Assembly: GCA_965219415.1 (NCBI GenBank)
Contig: CBDCNP010000002.1
Location: 2,912,001 to 2,976,000 of the forward strand
Source of the DNA: Candidatus Marinacidobacterales bacterium
GTDB lineage: Bacteria; Acidobacteriota; Vicinamibacteria; Marinacidobacterales; DATDRI01
Length of the DNA stretch: 64,000 nt
Reading direction: 5' to 3'
Under the pieces are notes generated by a model. The model saw nothing but the letters and a program-made list of their open reading frames with translations, was not told the origin of the DNA and ran no database searches. Both the position numbers and the translations under genes were made by a program. Shown here in pieces: positions 11,206 through 21,736 of this stretch (position 1 is the stretch's first letter; each line of letters begins with the position of its first letter).

Positions 11206-12534
11206 ATGCGCAAGTCATGCCATCCAGGAGTCTCGTTCGCCGTTGCCGCTCTGCTGTCGGGATCGGTGATGGCTTCCGCTGCGCAGGACCCTGAAGAACC
11301 GTCGGGCCAACCCGAGTTCTACGCGCCGGACGAGCCGCTGCGGGCTTACGTCGAGCGAGCCCTTGAGACGAACCCCACGATCCGGGAGAATCTTGCTCGC
11401 TATCGGGGGGCGCTCGAAAGAGTTCCCCAAGTGGATACCCTGCCCGACCTGCAGTTCTCGTTCACCCAGGCGATTCGGAGCGTCGAGACACGCGTGGGAC
11501 CTCAGCGAAATGCCTTCACCCTGTCTCAAGCCTTCCCCTGGTTCGGCAAGCTCGATCTGCGCGGTCAGGTGGCACTTCAGGAAGCCCTCGCGGCCCGAGA
11601 GCTCTATGGCGCGCGGCAGCAAGAGGTCATCCTGCAGGTCAAGCGCTCCTACTACGAGCTCGCCTACCTCGACCAGTCCCTCACGATCACTCGAGAGGAG
11701 CGAATGCTGCTCGAGTACTACGCGGAGCTCGCCGAGACGCGCTATGCCACCGGTCAAGGCTTGCAGGTGGCCGTCATCAAGCTTCAAGCGGAGATAACGC
11801 GGGTGATGAATCGGCTCGATCTGCTCGAGCAGCAGCGAAGCTCCGTTATGGCACGTTTGAACACCTTGATGGATCGGCCCCCGCAGGATCCGATCCCAAT
11901 AGTCGGGCGCCCCAGTCTTCCCGAGGTCACGCTCGAGCTGGCGGAGCTGTATCAGATCGGCCTCGAGCATCGCCAGGAGCTCAAGGCCACGAAGGAGCGC
12001 ATCGAGAAGAACGAAAGGGCCATCGACCTCGCGAAGCGGAATTCATGGCCCGACTTCTTCGTCGGCGTCAGCTTCGTCAACGTCGGCACTCGGTCGGACC
12101 CAGACGGGGTCTCCATGCCGCCTCCCGACAACGGGAAGAACGCCTTCAGTATCTCGGCAGGAATCAGTCTCCCTATCTGGCGTGAGAAGTACGACGCTGA
12201 CGTTCGCGAGGCGAGCGAGATGCTCCTCGCCGAGCGCAGCAATTACGCGAACGTCGTGAACGAAATGGAGTTTTCCATCCGCGATCAGGCCGTTCGTCTC
12301 GACACGCTTCGCGAACAGGTCCGCCTTTTCGACAGCGCGCTCATTCCCCAGTCCGAGGACGTGCTCCGTGCTACGGAAGCGGCTTACGAGGCCGGTCAGG
12401 TAGGCGTCCTCCACCTCCTCGACAGCGAACGGGTGCTTCTGAACGTGCGGCTGGTCCACGCGCGGTACTACGCCGACATCCTCGTCGCCCTCGCCGAGCT
12501 CGAGCGGGCCCTTGGCGCGAAGTTTCCAAGATGA
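11206..12534 (+). CDS. TolC-family outer-membrane efflux protein (CusC-like)
   Basis: Signal peptide, SQAFPWFGK, AYEAGQ...LLDSER; first gene of an RND operon. Confidence 0.88.
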   Translation: MRKSCHPGVSFAVAALLSGSVMASAAQDPEEPSGQPEFYAPDEPLRAYVERALETNPTIRENLARYRGALERVPQVDTLPDLQFSFTQAIRSVETRVGPQRNAFTLSQAFPWFGKLDLRGQVALQEALAARELYGARQQEVILQVKRSYYELAYLDQSLTITREERMLLEYYAELAETRYATGQGLQVAVIKLQAEITRVMNRLDLLEQQRSSVMARLNTLMDRPPQDPIPIVGRPSLPEVTLELAELYQIGLEHRQELKATKERIEKNERAIDLAKRNSWPDFFVGVSFVNVGTRSDPDGVSMPPPDNGKNAFSISAGISLPIWREKYDADVREASEMLLAERSNYANVVNEMEFSIRDQAVRLDTLREQVRLFDSALIPQSEDVLRATEAAYEAGQVGVLHLLDSERVLLNVRLVHARYYADILVALAELERALGAKFPR

Positions 12535-12544
12535 GAGGTCACTC

Positions 12545-13951
12545 ATGAGAAAGACCATCGCCGTTGCGCTCGTCACCTTTGTCCTGGGGATGGGCGCGAG
12601 CTTTCTCGTGCTAGCGAATCCGTTTCAGTGGGAGTGGATCCACCATCTGGGTCACGCTCTCATGGATCGCACGGGGGCCTCGGACGAGGTGAACCTCGTG
12701 CCTGCCGAAGGTAGGGGGGTTAGGGTGACGTCGGTCGAAACGGAGGGTGAGAGGAAGGCCAAGTACTGGCAGGCTCCGATGGATCCGACCTTCATCTCCG
12801 ACCAGCCAGGGAAGTCACCAATGGGAATGGACCTGGTGCCGGTCTACGAGGACGAAGAGGACGCGGTCGACTCCGGCGCCATCCGGATCGACCCGACCTT
12901 CGTCCAGAACATCGGCGTGCAATCCGAGACCGTAGGCCGGACCGACATCCCCTTCACCATCCGTACGGTGGGCAGCTTCACATACGACGACAGCCAGATC
13001 GCCTGGGTCAATACCAAGTACGAGGGTTGGATCGAGACGGTCTATGTGAATTACGTCGGGGAGCCCGTCGAAAAGGGGCAAAAGCTCTTCGAGATCTACA
13101 GCCCGCAGCTCGTGACGACGCAGAAGGAGTACCTCCAGGCTCTCGACTACGCCGAACGCATGGCGAGCTCGAGCTATCCCGAGATCGCGAAGCGAGCCCA
13201 ATCGCTCGTCGCCGCGGCGCGCGAAAGGCTCTCAAATTGGGATGTCTCGGAAGATCAGATCGAGGCCCTCGGGTCCACCCGCGAGCTCCGTCGCACCCTC
13301 GCGGTGGTCTCTCCCGTCAAGGGTGTCGTCGTTGAAAAGATGGACCAGGCTCTCGAGGGCACGTTCGTTCGCACGGGAATGAACCTCTACAAGCTCGTCA
13401 ACCTTTCGATGATTTGGCTCGAGGCGAACGTCTACGAGAACCAGCTGCCTTGGCTTCGGGTCGGGACCACGGCCCGCATCACCCTTCCCTACGAGCCGGG
13501 CCTTGTTTACACAGGCCGCATCCGCTACCTGTTTCCGTTCTTCGAGGAGAAGACCCGGACTTTGAAGGTCTCGGTTTCGGTTCCCAATCCGAACGGGAAG
13601 CTCAGAGCGGACATGTACGCCAATGTCACCTTCGACGTGCCATCCGCTCGCGACGTGATCGCGGCGCCGGAGGAGGCCGTCATTATGAGCGGCCAAAGGA
13701 ACGTTGTCGTTCTCGATCTGGGAAACGGGATCTTTCAGGCGCGAGAGGTGACCTTGGGCGTCAACGGCGGCGGTCTCTGGGAGGTCAAGGAAGGCCTTCG
13801 GGATGGTGATCGCGTCGTCGTCTCGGCGCAGTTTCTAATCGACTCGGAGAGCAACCTGAGAGAAGCCTTTCGCAAGATCACCTCGAGCAAGGCGGAGGGT
13901 GCGAAGGGCTCGAACGAGACGGCGACGAAAATGCCGGACCCCATGCGCTGA
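12545..13951 (+). CDS. cusB: CusB-type periplasmic adaptor
   Basis: Metal-binding YWQAPMDP...PGKSPMGMDLVP, GWIE, YSPQL, QFLIDSESNL. Confidence 0.9.
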   Translation: MRKTIAVALVTFVLGMGASFLVLANPFQWEWIHHLGHALMDRTGASDEVNLVPAEGRGVRVTSVETEGERKAKYWQAPMDPTFISDQPGKSPMGMDLVPVYEDEEDAVDSGAIRIDPTFVQNIGVQSETVGRTDIPFTIRTVGSFTYDDSQIAWVNTKYEGWIETVYVNYVGEPVEKGQKLFEIYSPQLVTTQKEYLQALDYAERMASSSYPEIAKRAQSLVAAARERLSNWDVSEDQIEALGSTRELRRTLAVVSPVKGVVVEKMDQALEGTFVRTGMNLYKLVNLSMIWLEANVYENQLPWLRVGTTARITLPYEPGLVYTGRIRYLFPFFEEKTRTLKVSVSVPNPNGKLRADMYANVTFDVPSARDVIAAPEEAVIMSGQRNVVVLDLGNGIFQAREVTLGVNGGGLWEVKEGLRDGDRVVVSAQFLIDSESNLREAFRKITSSKAEGAKGSNETATKMPDPMR

Positions 13952-13966
13952 GTCGAGCCTCGAGTC

Positions 13967-16900
13967 ATGCTGGAAAAGATCATCGACTGGTCGATCGCGA
14001 ACAAGCTCATGGTGATCCTCGCGACCGTTCTCGTCTCGGTCGCGGGGCTCTACGCGGTTCGAACGATGCCACTCGACGCGATCCCCGACCTCTCGGACGT
14101 TCAGGTCATCATCTTCACGGACTATCCAGGCCAGTCGCCGCAGGTCGTCGAAGATCAGATCACCTATCCGATCACCACGCAGATGCTCGCGGTGCCCTTC
14201 GCGAAAGTCGTCCGGGGTTATTCCTTCTTCGGCTTCTCCTTCGTCTATGTAATTTTCGAGGACGGCACCGATATGTATTGGGCCCGAAGTCGCGTGCTCG
14301 AGTACATGAACTACGTCAGTGGGCGTCTGCCGAAAGGCGTTGCGCCCACTCTGGGTCCCGACGCGACCGGCGTGGGCTGGGCCTATATCTATGCGCTCCG
14401 ATCGAAGACGCTCAACCTCGGAGATTTGAGAAGCATCCAGGATTGGTTCTTGAAGTATGAGCTCACCTCCGTACCCGGCGTCTCCGAGGTCGCGAGCATT
14501 GGAGGGTTCGTCAAGCAGTATCAGATCACGGTCGATCCCGTGAAGCTGAGAGCCTACGACATCCCGATTGGCAAGATCCGAGCCGCTGTCGAGCGTAGCA
14601 ACAATGAGGTCGGCGGGCGTGTCCTGGAGATGGCCGAGGCCGAGTTCATGATTCGAGGTGAGGGCTATATCCAGGAGGTCGCGCACCTCGAGAAGGTCGC
14701 GCTCGGTGTGGATCGCAACGGCGCGCCGATCCTGCTGCAGGACGTTGGCACGGTGCAGCGGGGGCCCGACATGCGTCGCGGTCTCGCGGAGCTGAACGGT
14801 GACGGCGAGGTCGTCGGCGGGATCATCGTCGTACGATATGGCGCCAACGCCTATGACGTCATCCAGCGCGTCAAGGCAAAGCTTGAGGAGCTGAAGCAAG
14901 GACTTCCCGAGGGCGTCGAGGTCGTGCCCGTCTACGACCGCACGATCCTGATCGAAGCTTCGATCGAGACGCTGCGCGAGAAACTGATCGAGGAAAGTCT
15001 CGTCGTCGCGCTCGTTTGCATGATATTTCTCCTCCACGTTCGCTCGGCTCTCGTCGTGATTCTGACCCTCCCGATCGCGATTCTGATCTCTTTCATCGTC
15101 ATGGGTCAGCAGGGGCTGAACTCCAACATTATGTCGCTCGGCGGGATCGCGATCGCGATTGGCGCCATGGTCGATGCCGCGATCGTCATGATCGAGAATG
15201 CGCACAAGCACCTCGAAAAGGACTACGGCGGGATGGATCATTGGAAGATCATCGGCGACGCCGCGAAGGAAGTGGGGCCGACTCTCTTCTATGCGCTCCT
15301 CGTCATCACCGTGTCTTTCGCGCCCGTCTTCACGCTTCAGGCCCAGGAGGGGCGGCTCTTCAAGCCGCTGGCCTTTACCAAAACCTATGCCATGGCGGCC
15401 TCGTCGCTTCTGGCCATTACGCTCGTCCCCGTGCTGATGGGGTTTTGGATTCGAGGAAGGCTCCGGCCCGAGGAGAAGAACCCTCTCAGCCGTATTCTCA
15501 TCAAAATCTACGATCCCATTCTACACTTTGTACTGCGATGGAAATGGTCGGTCGTGATCCTGGCCGTCGTCATCTTGGCCCTGACCGTCGTGCCTATCGG
15601 CGAGATCGGCTCCGAGTTCATGCCGCCGCTCTGGGAGGGAGACCTCCTTTATATGCCCACCACGCTTCCCGGGATCTCCATCACCAAGGCGCGCGAACTC
15701 CTCCAGCAGACGGACAAGATCATCCGTCAGTTTCCCGAAGTGCGCCACGTCTTCGGCAAGGTCGGAAGGGCGGATACCGCGACAGATCCGGCTCCGCTCT
15801 CGATGATCGAGACCACGATCATGCTGAAGCCACAGTCGGAGTGGCGGCCCGGGATGACGCGGGACAAGCTCACGCGCGAGCTCAATCAGGCGATTCGATT
15901 CCCGGGACTGACGAACGCGTGGACCATGCCGATCAAGACCCGCATCGACATGCTCTCGACGGGCATCAAGACGCCCGTCGGTATCAAGGTCTCGGGGCCC
16001 GATCTCGGAACGCTCCAGCAGATCGGCGAGGAGGTGGAAGCCGTCATCGGCCGCGTGCCGGGCACGCTGTCCGTATTCTCCGAGCGCGTCATGGGCGGGA
16101 ACTATCTCATCTTCGGTCCCAACCGCGACGAAATCGCGCGCTACGGCTTGACAGTCGGGGACGTCCAAGACGTCATTCAGTCCGCGATCGGCGGGATGAA
16201 CATCACTACGACCGTTGAGGGCCTCGAGCGCTATCCGGTCAACCTTCGCTACAGTCGCGAGCTCCGGCACAATATTCCCGCGCTCAAAGAGATTCTGGTC
16301 CCGACGCCGGCGGGCCAGCATATTCCACTCGGCCTCCTCGCCGACATCCGGGTCGAGAAGGGCCCACCCGCGATCAAGAGCGAAAACTCGCGACCCAACG
16401 CCTGGATTTACGTGGATATCAGCGACAGCGACGTCGGCGGCTACGTCGAGCGGGCCCAGCGGGCGGTGGCAGAGAGGGTCGAGATTCCGGCCGGGTACAA
16501 CGTCGCCTGGAGTGGGGAGTACGAGTACATGCAGCGCGCCAAGGAGCGGCTTCGATTGATCGTTCCGATGACGCTCGTCATCATCTTCATCATTATTTAT
16601 CTGAGCACGAAGTCGTTTCTCGAGACCGCCATCGTGCTGCTCGCGGTACCCTTTTCGCTCGTCGGGGTGTTCTGGCTCATGTGGTGGTTGGACTACAATC
16701 TGAGCATCGCCGTCTGGGTAGGCATCATCGCGCTCGCTGGTGTGAGCGCGGAGACGGGGGTCGTGATGCTCCTCTACCTCGACGTGTCCTACAAGGACGC
16801 GGTGAAACAGGGAAAGATGCGGCACCGCAAGGATCTCGTCGAGGCCGTCTATCACGGCGCAGTGAGTCGAGTGCGTCCGAAGCTCATGACGGCGATCACG

Positions 16901-17071
16901 ACCATGGCGTGCCTACTTCCGATCATGTGGAGCACGGGCACCGGCGCGGACGTCATGAAGCGGATCGCGACGCCCATGGTCGGGGGCATGATGACATCGG
17001 TGGCGGTGGTGTTGCTCGTCTACCCTGCGATCTACTACATTTGGAAAGGCTGGAGGCTCACCGAGGAGTGA
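13967..17071 (+). CDS. cusA: CusA heavy-metal (Cu+/Ag+) RND pump
   Basis: DAIPDLSDVQVI, GAMVDAAIVMIEN, Met triad (GDLLYMP, PLSMIET, RIDMLSTG); 1034 aa. Confidence 0.95.
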   Translation: MLEKIIDWSIANKLMVILATVLVSVAGLYAVRTMPLDAIPDLSDVQVIIFTDYPGQSPQVVEDQITYPITTQMLAVPFAKVVRGYSFFGFSFVYVIFEDGTDMYWARSRVLEYMNYVSGRLPKGVAPTLGPDATGVGWAYIYALRSKTLNLGDLRSIQDWFLKYELTSVPGVSEVASIGGFVKQYQITVDPVKLRAYDIPIGKIRAAVERSNNEVGGRVLEMAEAEFMIRGEGYIQEVAHLEKVALGVDRNGAPILLQDVGTVQRGPDMRRGLAELNGDGEVVGGIIVVRYGANAYDVIQRVKAKLEELKQGLPEGVEVVPVYDRTILIEASIETLREKLIEESLVVALVCMIFLLHVRSALVVILTLPIAILISFIVMGQQGLNSNIMSLGGIAIAIGAMVDAAIVMIENAHKHLEKDYGGMDHWKIIGDAAKEVGPTLFYALLVITVSFAPVFTLQAQEGRLFKPLAFTKTYAMAASSLLAITLVPVLMGFWIRGRLRPEEKNPLSRILIKIYDPILHFVLRWKWSVVILAVVILALTVVPIGEIGSEFMPPLWEGDLLYMPTTLPGISITKARELLQQTDKIIRQFPEVRHVFGKVGRADTATDPAPLSMIETTIMLKPQSEWRPGMTRDKLTRELNQAIRFPGLTNAWTMPIKTRIDMLSTGIKTPVGIKVSGPDLGTLQQIGEEVEAVIGRVPGTLSVFSERVMGGNYLIFGPNRDEIARYGLTVGDVQDVIQSAIGGMNITTTVEGLERYPVNLRYSRELRHNIPALKEILVPTPAGQHIPLGLLADIRVEKGPPAIKSENSRPNAWIYVDISDSDVGGYVERAQRAVAERVEIPAGYNVAWSGEYEYMQRAKERLRLIVPMTLVIIFIIIYLSTKSFLETAIVLLAVPFSLVGVFWLMWWLDYNLSIAVWVGIIALAGVSAETGVVMLLYLDVSYKDAVKQGKMRHRKDLVEAVYHGAVSRVRPKLMTAITTMACLLPIMWSTGTGADVMKRIATPMVGGMMTSVAVVLLVYPAIYYIWKGWRLTEE

Positions 17072-17175
17072 ACGACCTGAGGGATACCCTGTTTCACGCC
17101 GTGCGCTCACTCACCTGGGGTGCGGGCTGAAATCTTGCCCGCGCAAGATTTCTGTCGCGACTGGCTAGCGGTCCC

Positions 17176-17833
17176 CGTCCTGTGCCAAAACTCGGCCCTT
17201 TTGAAATAGGCCATAAATCAGCAACTTAGTGTCTGTGTTTGCGACCGGGCCAAGGGCCGTGGGCTTTACAATCGTCTTGGGCGGGCGGGTCGTCACCATG
17301 CAGATGACCACCTAGTCGAGAGCGAATATCGAAGCGTAGCTGTTTCCACGCTACGCCGGTCGAGCCCGCCGAGGGGCTACCGTCGCCGCCGACAATCTAC
17401 GCGGCACGGCAGTAGTAGTTGAGAATGCCCCCAAGTCGCTCTCGCGACACGATGGGGCCAGTGTCATTCGCGCTTACCGGCAGAGGTGTGAGGAGCTCGT
17501 TGCCGAGACCTTGGTGGTTCCGTTCTGTGTGATAGTGCACTACGTATTCGGTTACCGCTGTGCGCAGGTGTCGCTCACTGAGAGGTACGAAGCGGTCGAG
17601 ACACTCTCGACGTATGGAGAGAACGAATCTTTCCGCGTATGCGTTCAGATTCGGACTATTGGCGGGAAGGCGCAGGGGCTTCACGCCTGAATCTCTCAAC
17701 AGCCCACGTACCGCCTCGGTGAATAGTGGGTCCCAGTCGTGGATGAGGTATCGCTTGCCAAGGAGGAAACCATCCCACATGTCAGTGAGGTTTCTTGCCA
17801 CCTGCTTCATCCACTCCCCGTTGGGGTCCGACG
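17176..17833 (-). mobile_element. Truncated rve/IS481-like element: right end plus transposase C-terminus (17397-17810)
   Basis: [21 protein letters not shown]...[11 protein letters not shown]; terminus CGTCCTGTGCCAAAACTCGG at 17176; near-identical to 44753-45237 and 46501-46690. Confidence 0.8.
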
Positions 17834-17869
17834 TTGACCCGCTGGGCGTTCGAATATTTTAACCAGACG

Positions 17870-18427
17870 GCCGGATACTGAGTCGGTCAGTGGGTCATGG
17901 ACGGGTTCGACTTCAACCGGGCTGGCGCCAGTTAGTCCCTCAACCGCTTGAGCAAGGCGGGCAGATGTCAGGAGGACGTGGCACAGATGGAAGCGGAGGT
18001 CGCGGTTAAACGAGAACGCCGTTAATCCGTGCTTATGGATGTCAGGATCAGGCCCAACTCCCCCGTCCGCGAGACCGACGGCGACGAAATACCCTGCGAA
18101 AGAGCTTGCGCCAAGTCGGGCAGTCAGCAGGGTGAGACGACCCTGCCGATGCTTGATTCGATCGGCCACTTTGCCAATGTGGGATCGGTATGGGTCAACA
18201 GCCCGACGATAGACCTTCACATGGCGGCTCTTGTCGAAGTCTCGACGGTCGACTGTGAAGCCCCTCAGAATGTTGATGCAATCGTCCATGTGCTGCATCA
18301 GGCCCTGGACCCACGAGATGATGGGCCGAGAAGCTATCGAGTACACGCGGGGCAAGGAAGTTGCGGATGCGCTAGACACCTTCCTAGCCGAGTACGACAA
18401 GACCACGACATCTAGTGAGCGGTCCAA
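17870..18427 (-). pseudogene. Fragment of a hypothetical protein between IS ends
   Basis: Open frame with protein-like sequence (...IKHRQGRL...TAFSFNRDLRFH), cut at its 3' end by an IS terminus at about 17868. Confidence 0.35.
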
Positions 18428-18486
18428 CCAAGAGATATAGTAGCGTAAAATCGCATGATGGAGACGTTGCGTGCTTAGCCTGCGGT

Positions 18487-18633
18487 TGTGCCTTCTATTT
18501 ATTCATCCGCCAGCCCATGGGTCGGAAGTCAGCCCTGCGGCGCGAAATACCCTGGATTCTGCGCGGATTCCAAGGGCGTCTAAGCTGCTGATTTGTGGTC
18601 CATTTCAAAAGGTTCGAGTTTTGGCACAGGACG
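18487..18633. mobile_element. 147-bp MITE-like element built from two rve-IS termini
   Basis: Starts TGTGCCTTCTATTTATTCATCCG and ends GAGTTTTGGCACAGGACG; both termini recur elsewhere in the window. Confidence 0.65.
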
Positions 18634-18711
18634 CGATGGGGCCAGCGTCATTCGCGCTTGCCGGCAGAGGTGTGAGGAACTCGTTGCCGAGACCTTGGTG
18701 GTTCCGTTCTG

Positions 18712-18899
18712 TGTATGCGGACCGGTATAATATTCTTTGCCGGAAACTGATGCAGGAACAGCTCTACACGGCGGCATCGGTTCTGATGTCGCCGCGTTCG
18801 GCCGAAGGCGGAGAGTATTCAGAGCTAAGCGAGCTGACGGTACTCCGGACCTTCATCACCGAATTGGCCGGTCACATTGCGGCTGAGGGGGCACGATAA
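18712..18899 (+). pseudogene. C-terminal remnant of a PaeR7I/XhoI-like type II restriction endonuclease
   Basis: YADRYNILCRKLMQEQLYTAAS...LAGHIAAEGAR matches the recalled C-terminus of the XhoI/PaeR7I family; fused upstream to IS debris. Confidence 0.65.
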
Positions 18900-18940
18900 T
18901 GCGATGTATGGCACCCACCATCGAGAACCTTCGAGAGGGT

Positions 18941-19360
18941 TGTCCATCATCATTGATTAGTCCGGGACTGGACTCTAGGCCCGGACTGCCCTCGAGCACA
19001 TGCTGGAGAGCGTGGTCAGCGCGCGAGGGAAGGTGCTGAGGACGAACTTCTCGGCGACCAGCCGAGTAACGCGAGCGACCAAGCTGACTCAGGCTGCCTC
19101 TCGCCACTCGTATCGGTGGTGCAGTCCACCGACTCGCGGCAGTGCGACGACTTTCGCCGTAGGAGACGGTCAGTGCGTGACCGCTCTCAAGCTCGGTGTG
19201 TCCTTGTTCAGCCCCAAGTGGCAACGGTCCTCGTGATAGTAGCTGATGTAAGCTCGCACGAGCCGGATGAGATGACATGCACCGAGAACCACGACGTGCT
19301 CAAGGAGCTCGCGACGGCAGCTGCCGACCCACCGCTCCGCGGTTCCGTTTTGCCATGGGC
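18941..19360 (-). mobile_element. Right-end fragment of the IS481-like element found at 41346 and 54310
   Basis: Near-identical sequence (…GGLHHRYEWREAA and TGTCCATCATCAT end), truncated at the MITE at 19361. Confidence 0.8.
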
Positions 19361-19526
19361 GGTGCTTCCGCCATCAAGTGTTGGTGAGATGACGCTAAGA
19401 CTTTACAGTGCATTAAGTTACAGTCAAAATAGCGCTTGTGACCTTCCCCGCGCGCTAAATGGAGCGTAAGTGCCTCTTTTGCAAAGGGATGCGTACATAT
19501 TACCAACAGTAAACAGCGGAAGCACC
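19361..19526. mobile_element. 166-bp MITE with GGTGCTTCCGC terminal IRs (copy 1)
   Basis: GGTGCTTCCGCCATCAAGTGTTGGT ... ACCAACAGTAAACAGCGGAAGCACC; same-length homolog at 47125-47290. Confidence 0.75.
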
Positions 19527-19631
19527 GTGTGAATCGCCCGGATCTTCTCAAGCAACTCCGCATCCGACACCGCGCGGGCCGACGGGGCACGCTCAAGCCA
19601 CGCATAGTAGCCGCTGGCGGAGACGTCCAGC

Positions 19632-19853
19632 TGTGCCTTCTATTTATTCATCCGGGCGCCCCGAACTTGATTAGTCTCCGGTCTGTCGGCACCATACCTG
19701 CTTGATTTCGTCGTTTGTTCGCGCTCTCATCTCCGCCTTCAAGGCTCATCGCGAGCTGGCTCTCGACAATGTCGCTCTTCGGCAGCAGTTCGCCGTCCTC
19801 TGCCGTCCGGTGAAACGGCCGCGGCTCTCGAAGGTCGACCGCGGGTTGGGTAA
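19632..19853 (+). mobile_element. Left end and N-terminal fragment of an rve/IS481-like transposase
   Basis: TGTGCCTTCTATTTATTC end, then ISSFVRALISAFKAHRELALDNVALRQQFAVL, homologous to LVLENVALRQQ of the intact copies. Confidence 0.65.
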
Positions 19854-20208
19854 CTGTAAAGCCTAGGGGGCTGTGCCTTCTATTTATTCATCCGCGCGCA
19901 CCGAACTTGATTAGTCTCCGGTCGGTGCTTCCGCCATTAAGTGTTGGCGGCCAGCCCTGAACCGCTCCGGGTTTTCCGGAGACTGTTTTAGTTGAGTTTC
20001 GCCATCTCCAGCGAGCCTTCCTGCGACCGATAGTAGTTCATCTTTAATCTTTAGGAAAATCAAAATCTCATTTCTGATGCGCGCCAGAGCGAGCGCCACA
20101 GTCGTGCAGGGAGGGGACCTAACCCCGTTTTACCTGTGGTCTCTCCCCCTGGGGGGGCGCATAATCCGCGTTTTTCTTAGATCCTGCTGAGGGGAGGGGG
20201 GATGACCC

Positions 20209-20519
20209 CGTCCTGTGCCAAAACTCGGCCCTTTTGAAATAGACCGCAAATCAGCAGCTTAGACGCCCTTGGAATCCGCGCAGAATCCAGGGTATTTCGC
20301 GCCGCAGGACTGGCTTCCGACCCCTGGGCTGCGGGTGGCGGGCGACAGGCCCACCGGGGGTTGCGCACGGCTGGCTCAAATCGGCTGCCGGGGCGAGCTT
20401 CAGGCAACGAACTGCGCACCCGGAAGAAATACGTATCCGACCGCGGTGCCAGATTCAAGCAGCCCTCGGAAAGGTGCAAACTGCTGACCCGCTGGGCGTT
20501 CGAGTATTTTGACCAGACG
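20209..20519. mobile_element. 311-bp MITE-like element with CGT-terminated imperfect IRs
   Basis: CGTCCTGTGCCAAAACTC ... GAGTATTTTGACCAGACG; the second end also occurs at about 17868 and 63633. Confidence 0.6.
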
Positions 20520-20718
20520 ACATCAGCTCCTCAAACTTCGACGATAGGCGTATTCTATACGGGATTATGGGTGGTTGCTCCGTCTACTGTTGCCGGCTCG
20601 TCCACGTCGTCGTGCGAGGACGGCATTTATGCACAGTTTGGCGCAAGCTGAACTCCGGTGACGTCTAAGCTGCTGATTTATGGTCTATTTCAAAAGAGCC
20701 GAGTTTTGGCACAGGACG

Positions 20719-21733
20719 AGGTGGTCATCTCCTTCCGCGAAGAAGACCCGCTTCCAGAGCGAGTGTTGAATCAGATCTTGGTGGGGGTATCGACCCGAAA
20801 TTACGAATCGAGTCTGGACAAACCCGCGGCCAAGTTGAAGTCTCGTGGCACGAGTAAGAGTGCCGCCAGCCGTCACCTCGTGAGCCAGACGACTAAGAAG
20901 CTCGAGGAATACCTGTCTCGGCGGCTAGAGGAGTTCGAGCTTGCGGCACTGATGCTGGATGGCCTTGAGGTGGCCGGACAGACCGTCGTCGTAACTCTAG
21001 GTATCACAATAGATGGAACGAAGGTGCCCCTGGGTATATGGCTGGGCTCGACGGAGAACTCTCGGGTGTGCACCGCGATGTTGCAGGACCTTCTCGAGCG
21101 AGGCTTGCGCGTCGATGAGTCGATTCTCTGCGTAGTGGACGGAGGCAAAGGCATCCGCAAGGCACTCGTCGACGTTTTGGGGGACCTCGCGGTCATCCAA
21201 AGGTGCCAGATCCATAAACTCCGGAATCTTCGCTCGTACCTTCCCAAGTCTCGTCACGCCTACGTGCTCCAGACGATGAAGGAAGCCTACAAGTGCAAGA
21301 GTGCCGACAAGGCGCGCAAGCGACTTCAGGCATTGGTGTCGTGGCTCGAGCGAAACGGCTACGACGAAGCTGCCGGAAGCCTTCGTGAAGGGATGGAAGA
21401 GACACTCACGGTCGTGAAGCTCGCGCTGCCCGCCTTACTTCGCTAGTCTCTTGCCACGACGAACGCCATTGAGAATCTCAACGGAACCATTCGCAGAGTA
21501 TCGAGAAACGTCAAGCGTTGGAAGAGTCCTTACATGGTTCGCCGATGGACCGCTCTTGGCGTCGTCACCGCGCAGAAAAAGTTCCGGCGTATCAAAGGCT
21601 ATCGCCATATGGGCGCTCTCGTTCACGCGCTTAGAAGCAAACAGAAATCTCTTGACAGCGATGAGTTTGCTGCCTAAGAGTATTCACAGGTGCCGCCGCT
21701 ACCCGACCAAATTCAACAGCGGCCGGGACATCC
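20719..21733 (+). pseudogene. IS256-family transposase pseudogene (5'-truncated, internal TAG at 21444)
   Basis: GVSTRNY, MLDGL, VDGGKG, QRCQIHK, then TTNAIENLN...KKFRRIKGYR after the stop; ends TTCAACAGCGGCCGGGACATCCC. Confidence 0.85.
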
Positions 21734-21736
21734 CCA

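Noticed and set aside
13835-16855. Long ORFs overlapping cusA (468, 400 and 444 aa)
   Set aside because: Shadow frames of a GC-rich gene, with no recognisable motifs.
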